Source of the DNA: an uncultured Alphaproteobacteria bacterium
GTDB lineage: Bacteria > Pseudomonadota > Alphaproteobacteria > Sphingomonadales > Sphingomonadaceae
Direction of reading: 5' to 3'
Length of the DNA: 64,000 nt
NCBI GenBank assembly: GCA_963807815.1
Contig: CAWECW010000010.1
Coordinates: forward strand, 33,214-97,213
Shown here: in pieces, positions 56,322 through 64,000 of the stretch
Numbering within the stretch: the stretch's first letter is position 1
Layout of the letters: each line of letters opens with the position of its first letter
Made by a program: the position numbers and the translations under genes
Notes under the pieces: model-generated
Told to the model about the DNA's origin: nothing
The model's database searches: none
Seen by the model: the letters and a program-made list of their open reading frames with translations, nothing else

Positions 56322-57389
56322 ATGCGCCATTCGACCGACGACCTCAGAATCCGCGAGATCAAGGAGCTGGCGCCGCCGTCGCATGTCCTGCGCGAATTTC
56401 CCGAAAGCGACCGGGCAAGCGAGGCGGTGTTCGACGCGCGCCAGTCGATCCACCGGATCCTGACGCGCGAAGACGACCGCCTGCTGGTCGTCGTCGGCCC
56501 CTGCTCGATCCACGACCCGGCCGCCGCGCGCGACTATGCGGGTCGCCTGCTCGAACAGCGCGATCGCCTGAAATCGTCGCTCGAAATCGTCATGCGCGTC
56601 TATTTCGAAAAGCCGCGGACGACCGTCGGCTGGAAGGGCCTGATCAACGATCCGGATCTCGACGGCAGCTTCCAGATCAACAAGGGATTGCGCGTCGCGC
56701 GCGAGCTTCTCCTCGACATCAACGAGCTGGGGATGCCCGCGGGAACCGAATTCCTCGACATGATCACGCCGCAGTACATTGCCGACCTCGTGTCCTGGGG
56801 CGCGATCGGCGCGCGGACGACGGAATCCCAGGTCCACCGCGAGCTCGCGTCCGGCCTCTCCTGCCCGGTCGGCTTCAAGAACGGCACCGACGGAAACATT
56901 CGCATCGCCTGCGACGCCATCAAGGCCGCAAGCCGTCCGCATCATTTCCTGTCGGTGACCAAGGCCGGCCATTCGGCCATCGTCGCAACGACCGGCAACG
57001 AGGATTGCCACGTCATCCTGCGCGGCGGCAGCCGGCCGAATTACGACCGGGAAAGCATCGACGCAGCTTGCGCCACCGCGTCGGAGGCCGGTATCGAATG
57101 CCGGCTGATGATCGACGCCAGCCACGGCAACAGCTCCAAGGATTTCCGCCGGCAGCGCACGGTCGTGACCGACGTCGCTCGCCAGGTCAGCGATGGCGAA
57201 CGCCGGATCTTCGGCCTGATGATCGAAAGCCATCTGGCGGAGGGCCGTCAGGACCTCGGCGACGGGGGCAATCTCACCTACGGCCAGAGCGTGACCGACG
57301 CCTGCCTGGGATGGGACGATACGGTCGAACTGCTCGACGACCTCGCTGCCGCGGTCGAGCAGCGCCGCGCAAAGGCCTCCATTCCGTAA
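56322..57389 (+). CDS. aroG: Class I DAHP synthase (AroF/AroG-type)
   Basis: [49 protein letters not shown]. Confidence 0.92.
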   Translation: MRHSTDDLRIREIKELAPPSHVLREFPESDRASEAVFDARQSIHRILTREDDRLLVVVGPCSIHDPAAARDYAGRLLEQRDRLKSSLEIVMRVYFEKPRTTVGWKGLINDPDLDGSFQINKGLRVARELLLDINELGMPAGTEFLDMITPQYIADLVSWGAIGARTTESQVHRELASGLSCPVGFKNGTDGNIRIACDAIKAASRPHHFLSVTKAGHSAIVATTGNEDCHVILRGGSRPNYDRESIDAACATASEAGIECRLMIDASHGNSSKDFRRQRTVVTDVARQVSDGERRIFGLMIESHLAEGRQDLGDGGNLTYGQSVTDACLGWDDTVELLDDLAAAVEQRRAKASIP

Positions 57390-57537
57390 GGTCAGCCGTA
57401 TTTTTCCCGGAAATCTGCCATGTCACCGGCGAGCAACACCGTGACAACAAAGCTGACACGCATCCCCCGCGCAGCTTCCCTCCGGTCGCCATAAGCCATA
57501 ATCATTTCGGGTACGCGCCAAAACAGAGGGGGTTTTC

Positions 57538-60170
57538 ATGCGCACTTCGGCTCTATTGCTGATCGGTACAGCTGCGGCTGCACTGGCCATGCCATCGTTT
57601 GCTCAGACTACGGAAGAGGCCACGGCCCAGGCCGCAACGCCAGACGATGCGTCGCAGGGGGACGAGATCATCGTCACCGCGACGAAGCGCGCCACGACCG
57701 TCCAGGACGTTCCCTTCTCGATCAACGCGCAGACCGAAGAAGACATCCAGCGCGCCAATGCCCAGACGATCGAGGACCTCAGCCGCAACATTGCCGGCCT
57801 GACGGTGCAGAACCTCGGGCCGGGCCAGAGCCAGGTGTCCGTCCGCGGCGTGTCGGCCGGCCAGATCGTCCGCGACCAGCCGGGCGTGAAGGAACAGGTC
57901 GGCGTCTACCTCGACGAAAGCGTGATCTCGCTCTCGCTGTTCACGCCCGATCTCGACCTCTTCGATCTCAACCGCGTGGAAACGCTGCGCGGCCCGCAGG
58001 GTACTCTGTTCGGCTCCGGCTCGGTCGGCGGCACCATCCGCTACATCACCAACCAGCCGAAGCTCGGCGTGATGGAAGGCCTGGTCGAAGCCAACGTCAA
58101 CACCGTCGACGAAGGCGATCTCGGCTATCATCTGAAGGGCGCCATCAACCTGCCGCTCGGCGACACGGCCGCAATTCGCGCCGTCGCCTACGGCACCAAA
58201 TATGGCGGATTCATCAACGCCATCGGGCCGGCAGCCGGCAAGGACGTCAATGACGGCAGCCGCGTCGGCGGCCGCGTATCGCTGCTGTGGGAGCCGGCGC
58301 CCAACATCCGCATCACGCCGCGCGTGGTTTACCAGCAGATACGCGCCAACGGGTTCAATCGCGAGGAGGTCTTCAACCTCTTCGCCAATGAATTCACCGA
58401 TCCGCCGTACGAATATCGACGAGCGCGAGCAGTATTTGCTGCTGCGCGAGAAGTTCAAGGACGACACGCTGATCGCCGATCTGACCGGCAGCGTGGACTT
58501 GGGCGGCGTCGAGCTGACGTCCGTCACCAGCTACATCAACCGCGACATCCTCGTCAGCCGCGACGCATCGGCGTTGACGGGTTCGGTGAGCGTCGATTTC
58601 GGCATCCCGGACTGCGGCCAACCTGCCTTCAAACCTGCGTGACACGACCGAGCTGAAGACAGTGGACGCAGGAATTGCGTCTTGCCGTCGACCGGCAGCG
58701 GGACCGTTCCAGTGGGTGTTCGGCGGCTTCTATTCCGACGTCGAGCGCGTCTATGCGCAGCGCCTGCCGACGCCGGGATATGACGTCAACGTCACCAACC
58801 CGTTCCTGGCGGGTCTGTGCTTCCCCGACGATCCGATGACGCCGGAAGACGAGAGCCTGACTCGGCTGCGCGATCAGGGACGCTCACGCCGCTGACTGCG
58901 GACGATGTGGCAACGGTTTCCCGCTCGAACTCTCCGTACAACGCCGATCTGCCGTACGACATCAAGCAGAAGGCGATCTTCGGCGAAGCAAGCTACGATT
59001 TCGGCCAGTTCAAGCTGACGGCCGGCGGTCGCTACTACGACTTCAAGGAAAGCCGCGACTTCATCTCCGGCGGCGTGTTCGCGAATGGCGACACGTTCAT
59101 TGGCGACAAGACCAAGTCGAGCGGCTTCAGCCCGCGCGTGATCGCGCACTTGGGAGCCGACCAACAATCTCAGCGTCAACGTGCAGGCCGCAAAGGGATT
59201 CCGTCTCGGCGGCGTCAACGATCCGCTTAACCTGCCGCTCTGCAGCGACGAGGACGAAGCGCTGTTCGGCGGCTTCCAGCAATATGACGACGAGACCCTG
59301 TGGAACTACGAAGCCGGCGTGAAATATTCCCGCCGCGGCGTCACGTTCAACGCGGCGGTCTTCCACAGCAAGATCAAGGACCTGCAGGTCACGCTGGATG
59401 CCGGAAGCTGCTCGTCGCGCGTCGTCTTCAACGTTCCGAAGGCGCACACGACGGGTATCGAAGCCGAGTTCTCGGCCAATCCGCTGCCCGGCCTCGATCT
59501 GTCGCTTGCCGGCAGCTACGTCGACGCACAGTTCGACTCCACGCTGCCGGAGCCGCTCGCGACGTCGACCGGCATCCGCGACGGCAACCGCCTGCCGACC
59601 GTGCCGAAGTTCCAGATGGCCGCGACGGTCGCCTACACGCAGCGGCTTAGCGATACTGGCGAATGGTACGTCACCGGCAGCTTCCAGCATGTCGGAAGCC
59701 GCTACACGCAGCCGTCCGACCAGGAGAACAATCCGCGCAACTTCGTGTCTGGCCTGGCTTACAATGGCGCACCGGGAACGGACGCTACCCGGATCGACCT
59801 CAAGCTGCCCTACTACGAACTGGTCAATCTTTCGGCCGGCATCAAGTGGGATAGCGGTCTGGAAGTCGCGGCCTACGTCAACAATTTGTTCGACGAAAAT
59901 CCGCTGCTCTCGTTCGATCGCGAACGCGGTGGTCGTGCACGGCTCGGTTACAACATCGGCACGCCGCGCATGATCGGCCTCACCGTGCGCCAGAAGTTCG
60001 GTGGCGAACGGCCGGTCGTCGAGGCTCCGCCGCCGCCTCCCCCGCCGCCGCCTCCGCCGCCCCCGGCGACGCAGACGTGCGCGGACGGATCGGTGATCCT
60101 GGCGACCGAAGCCTGCCCGGTTCCGCCGCCTCCGCCGCCTCCGCCGCCACCGGCGCCGGAACGCGGCTGA
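57538..60170 (+). CDS. TonB-dependent receptor with a C-terminal Pro-rich/Cys-pair extension
   Basis: IIVTATKR, RGPQGTLFGSGS.GG, NNLFD; after RQKF the frame continues into poly-Pro-TQTCADGSVILATEACP-poly-Pro-ERG. Confidence 0.93.
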
Positions 60171-60179
60171 CGCTTAGGA

Positions 60180-61452
60180 ATGGATAGCGGCGAACCGACC
60201 GGCTCACCGCTATTGAAGGTAACGCGCCGCTCGCTCCTCAAGGGAGCGGGCGGCGCTGCCGTATTGGCGGCTGGGAATTCGGCAATGGCTCAGGGAAGCA
60301 AGCAGACAGATCGTCGTCATCGGCGCCGGCGTCTTCGGGTCGTGGACGGCGCATCACCTGCAGAATGCGGGGCATCGCGTGACCCTGGTCGACGCCTGGG
60401 GCGCGTCGCACAGCCGGGCGTCCTCGGGCGGCGAATCCCGCCTGACCCGCGCCGGATATGGCCGGGACGCGATCTACACGCGAATGGCGACCGAGAGCCT
60501 GCCGCAATGGCAGGCGCTGAGCGCCATCTCCGGCCTGCCGATCCTCGTGCAATGCGGCGTCGTCTTCTTCAGCGCCGTCGAGGACGACTACTTTCGCGGC
60601 AGCTTCGATGTGCACAAGCAGCTTGGCCTGCCGGTCGAGCGCATGGATCGGGCCGCCATGCAGCGCCGCTTCCCGATGATCGACTTCACCGGCATCGAGA
60701 TCGGCCTGTACGAGCCCAAGTTCGGAGCGCTGATGGCGCGGCGGTCGGTGCAGACCCTGGTCGATCGGTTCGTCCGCGCGGGCGGCGAATATCGCCTCGG
60801 TGCCGCCGTCGCCCGTTCAGGCCGAGCGGGCCGCGAACTTGAGGCGGTGAAGCTGCAATCGGGCGAAAGCCTGACCGCCGACCGCTTCGTCTTCGCGCTC
60901 GGCCCCTGGCTGCCGAAAATCTTCCCCGACGTGCTGGGCAAGAAGATCTTCGCCACGCGGCAGGAGGTCTTCTATTTCGCGACGCCGCCGGGCGACAAAA
61001 GCTATTTGCCGGGAGCCATGCCAGGCTGGGCCGACTTCAACGCCGGCGACATTTTCTACGGCTTCCCGGACCTGGAAAATCGCGGGGTGAAGTTCGCCAA
61101 CGACAAGCATGGCGTGCTCGTCGATCCCGACACGCAGGACCGCCGCCCGACCCAGGCCGCAATCGATGAGATCATCGCCTTCCGCGACCGCCGTTTTCCG
61201 GGACTGCGCGGCGCCCAACTGATCGGCGCCGAAGTCTGCCAGTACGAGAACAGCTCGAACGGCGACTTCCTGATCGACATGCACCCGAGCCTGTCGAACG
61301 TGCTGCTCGTCGGCGGCGGATCAGGCCACGGATTCAAGCACGGGCCCGAGGTCGGCCGCTATGCCGCAGCGCGCCTGTTCGACGGCGTGAAGGCCGAACC
61401 GAAGTTCAGCCTCGCGACCAAAGGCGAAACGCAGCACCGGGAAGTTCACTAG
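60180..61452 (+). CDS. Tat-exported FAD-dependent oxidoreductase (monomeric sarcosine oxidase/SolA-like)
   Basis: TRRSLLK signal, IGAGVFG, SSGGESR, VCQYE, GSGHGFK. Confidence 0.85.
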
Positions 61453-61506
61453 AGCAACCGCACGGCCGCTGTTCCGTTCATCTCCGCATCCAACGGAGGC
61501 AAGCCA

Positions 61507-61944
61507 ATGGAACTGCATCGCGGACGCCTGATCGATCACATCCAGCTGGTCGTGGCAGACCTCGACGCCAGCCGCCGCTTCTACGAGGCGGTCTTCAAGG
61601 TTCTGAACATTCCCGTGGAAAGCAATGCGCCGAGCCATTTCTGGGGCGACGAATTGTTCATCTCAACGCCGGACGGCCCGGAAGCGGTGGGGAAGCTCAC
61701 CGGACGGCATCACATCGCGTTCCAGGCTCCGGATCGCGCAACGGTCGACAAATTCTACTCGGCGGGCCTCGAAGGCGGAGGCAAGGATAACGGCGCGCCG
61801 GGCGAGCGCGCCAATTACCATCCCGGCTATTACGCCGCTTTCCTGCTCGATCCGGACGGAAACAACATCGAGGCCGTCTATCACGGCGAAGCCAAGCGCA
61901 GCGCCGACTCCGTCAAGCTGACCTTCGACATGCCGTCGATCTAA
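61507..61944 (+). CDS. VOC/glyoxalase family protein
   Basis: IDHIQL...HIAF...YYAAFLLDPDGNNIEAV. Confidence 0.9.
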   Translation: MELHRGRLIDHIQLVVADLDASRRFYEAVFKVLNIPVESNAPSHFWGDELFISTPDGPEAVGKLTGRHHIAFQAPDRATVDKFYSAGLEGGGKDNGAPGERANYHPGYYAAFLLDPDGNNIEAVYHGEAKRSADSVKLTFDMPSI

Positions 61945-62489
61945 GGCTTGCGCGCTACACCCACGAGTGCGGGACGGAGCAGCCGGTCCTTGAGCATGTA
62001 GCCGGGCTGCATTTCCTGGACGATCGTGCCCGGCTCGACCTCGTCGCTGGGTACTTCCATCATCGCCTGGTGGCGGTGAGGATCGAGCGGCTGGTTCAGC
62101 GCATCGATCCGGCTGATGCCCTGCCGGGTGAAAACCTGGTCCAGCTCGCGCAGCGTGGATTCGATGCCGGCGAGGAAATTGCTCGCGACCTTGTCGGCGC
62201 GAAGCTCGTCGGACACGGCGTTCAGCGCGCGCTCCAGGTGATCCTTGATCGCCAGCATGTCGCGGGCGAACTGCGTCGTCGCATAGTTCGCCGCCTGCTG
62301 CTTTTCCGTCTCCAGGCGGCGGCGCACGTTCTGGATTTCGGCAGCGGCGTAGAGCGCCTTGCTGTTCGCGTCCTCCAGCTGCTTCTCAAGCTCCGCTACA
62401 CGGTCGTGCTCGGCGACTTCCGGCGCTGCTTCGGCGGTCTCGCGGCGAATTTCCTCCGCCTCTTCCAGTCTGTCTTCGTTCTCGATCAT
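61941..62489 (-). CDS. grpE: Nucleotide exchange factor GrpE
   Basis: AEIQNVRRR, DPHRHQAM, QPGYMLKDRLLRPALVGV. Confidence 0.95.
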   Translation of the reverse strand: MIENEDRLEEAEEIRRETAEAAPEVAEHDRVAELEKQLEDANSKALYAAAEIQNVRRRLETEKQQAANYATTQFARDMLAIKDHLERALNAVSDELRADKVASNFLAGIESTLRELDQVFTRQGISRIDALNQPLDPHRHQAMMEVPSDEVEPGTIVQEMQPGYMLKDRLLRPALVGVARKP

Positions 62490-63520
62490 GCCATCAATCT
62501 CGTTAGGGCCTTGGCCGTGAAGTCTACCATTGGGATGACGCGCGCGTAGTTCAAGCGCGTGGGGCCGATAACACCCACAACTCCCACCACGTCCCCTTGG
62601 CTCCCGCGATAAGGCGCAGCAATCACGGACGAGCCCGAAAGCGCGAACATCCGGTTCTCGCTGCCGATGAAAATCCGGCATCCGGGGGCATCGCGCGCCT
62701 CGCCCAGCAGCCGGGCGATTTCCTGCCGGTCTTCCAGTTCTTCGAGCAGGCTGCGGACGCGCTCCAGGTCGGCGGCAGTGCTCTCGTCGATGAGATTGGC
62801 CTGCCCGCGAACGATCAGGACCGGCCGCCGGACATGATCCTCGCTCCACGCCGCGAGGCCGGACGCGATCAGCTCCGCCGCGGCCTGATCCAGCGCCTCG
62901 CGGCGATCGCGAATTTCGGCAAGCAGCCGCGCCTGCGCTTCCGCGAGCGTCATTCCCGAAAGATGCGCGTTGATGAAATTCGCGACTTCGTTGAGCGCGT
63001 CGGCGCTGATCAGGCCGTCGAGAGGCACGATCCTGTTCTCGATCGTTCCGTCCGCGCCGACCAGCACCGCCAGCGCGCGATCAGGCCCGAGCGGCACCAA
63101 TCCCAATTGCTTCAGCCGCATCTCGCTTTTCGGCGCGAGAACGACGCCCGCAGCCTGCGACAGACCCGACAGCGCCGACGAAGCCGCCGCCAGCGCATCC
63201 TCGATCGGCTGGTCGCGGCCGATATGCCGCTCGATCTCCCGGCGTTCGCGCGGATCGGGCGCTGCAACCTGCATGATGCCGTCGACGAACAGCCGCAGCC
63301 CGGTCTCGGTGGGGATACGGCCGGCGGAAGTGTGTGGATGCGTGAGCAGCCCCCGCTCCTCCAGGTCCTGCATCACTCCCCGAATGGATGCAGGCGACAG
63401 GTTCACGCTCCCGGCCAGCACCTTCGAACCCACCGGCGCTCCGCGGTGGAGATACGACTCCACGACGAGACCGAAGATCTCGCGCATCCGGTCGCTAAGT
63501 TCGCCGATATGCTGGGCCAT
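62486..63520 (-). CDS. hrcA: Heat-inducible transcription repressor
   Basis: [37 protein letters not shown]. Confidence 0.96.
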   Translation of the reverse strand: MAQHIGELSDRMREIFGLVVESYLHRGAPVGSKVLAGSVNLSPASIRGVMQDLEERGLLTHPHTSAGRIPTETGLRLFVDGIMQVAAPDPRERREIERHIGRDQPIEDALAAASSALSGLSQAAGVVLAPKSEMRLKQLGLVPLGPDRALAVLVGADGTIENRIVPLDGLISADALNEVANFINAHLSGMTLAEAQARLLAEIRDRREALDQAAAELIASGLAAWSEDHVRRPVLIVRGQANLIDESTAADLERVRSLLEELEDRQEIARLLGEARDAPGCRIFIGSENRMFALSGSSVIAAPYRGSQGDVVGVVGVIGPTRLNYARVIPMVDFTAKALTRLMA

Positions 63521-63531
63521 CCTGCCCTCGC

Positions 63532-63560
63532 ATCTAGGATTGGCGTCCCGCGCGGTCTAG
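63532..63560 (-). promoter_or_regulatory. Possible RpoH promoter of hrcA-grpE
   Basis: CTAGAC-N16-CCTAGAT. Confidence 0.4.
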
Positions 63561-63589
63561 TGGAGCGACGAATCCACCAACAGGAGCAA

Positions 63590-64000
63590 ATGATGCGCCC
63601 AAGCGGCCGCGCACCCGACCAAATGCGAACACTGAGCTTCGAGCCCGGCTTTACCGTTCATGCCGAGGGCTCGTGCCTCGTCTCGTTCGGTGACACGCGC
63701 GTGCTGGTCACCGCCTCGGTGGACGAGAAGGTCCCGCCCTTCCTCCGCGGCAAGGGCCAGGGCTGGGTCACGGCCGAATATGGCATGCTCCCCCGCGCCA
63801 CCCACACGCGCGGCAATCGCGAGGCGGCCAAGGGCAAGCAGTCCGGGCCGAACGCAGGAAATCCAGCGCCTCATCGGCCGCTCGCTTCGCGCCGTGGTCG
63901 ACCTGCCCGAAGCTCGGCGAGCGGCAGATCATCGTCGACTGCGACGTCATCCAGGCGGATGGCGGCACGCGCACGGCGGCCATTTCCGGCGCCTGGGTCG
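63590..64000 (+). CDS. rph: Ribonuclease PH, N-terminal part (window edge)
   Basis: [42 protein letters not shown]. Confidence 0.96.
   Translation, partial: MMRPSGRAPDQMRTLSFEPGFTVHAEGSCLVSFGDTRVLVTASVDEKVPPFLRGKGQGWVTAEYGMLPRATHTRGNREAAKGKQSGPNAGNPAPHRPLASRRGRPARSSASGRSSSTATSSRRMAARARRPFPAPGS

Noticed and set aside
60025-60152. CCG-rich tracts as a phase-variable microsatellite
   Set aside because: The mixed CCG/CCT/CCC/CCA codons encode poly-Pro and are not a pure slippage tract.
63520-63590. CIRCE operator upstream of hrcA
   Set aside because: No TTAGCACTC-N9-GAGTGCTAA match is visible.

Overview
GC-rich alphaproteobacterial chromosome segment; gene content and protein sequences point to Sphingomonadaceae. 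Single-base indels break most genes, including essential ones (parE, fabF, petABC, hemF). I read these as uncorrected long-read assembly errors and rebuilt genes across frames, so many ends are approximate. The core backbone is ychF, petABC, trmL-hemF, lipB, queCE, hslO, argD, gcrA, an Hsp20 gene, parE, ugd, rimO, pepA, mltG-fabF-acpP, DAHP synthase, grpE-hrcA and rph. Three TonB-dependent receptors each sit next to a modifying or redox enzyme. An accessory stretch (~28.8-45.4 kb) holds an EcfG-type stress locus with a NepR-like ORF, two RTX proteins sharing a duplicated 6-repeat FG-GAP tail, a sulfotransferase and an IF-1/Csp/desaturase cold module. Best candidates for an undescribed system: (1) 20.1-26.0 kb, a cupin-AraC regulator fused to alpha/beta-hydrolase domain(s), divergent from an operon of a small peptide, AurF-like diiron oxygenase, single-Cys OsmC, SAM methyltransferase and a stand-alone PLP-enzyme small domain; (2) a small GIY-YIG nuclease gene between the two arms of a REP-like palindrome, lying between argD and hslO where argF is usually found. 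I recognised no tRNA, rRNA, CRISPR array, integrase or transposase.
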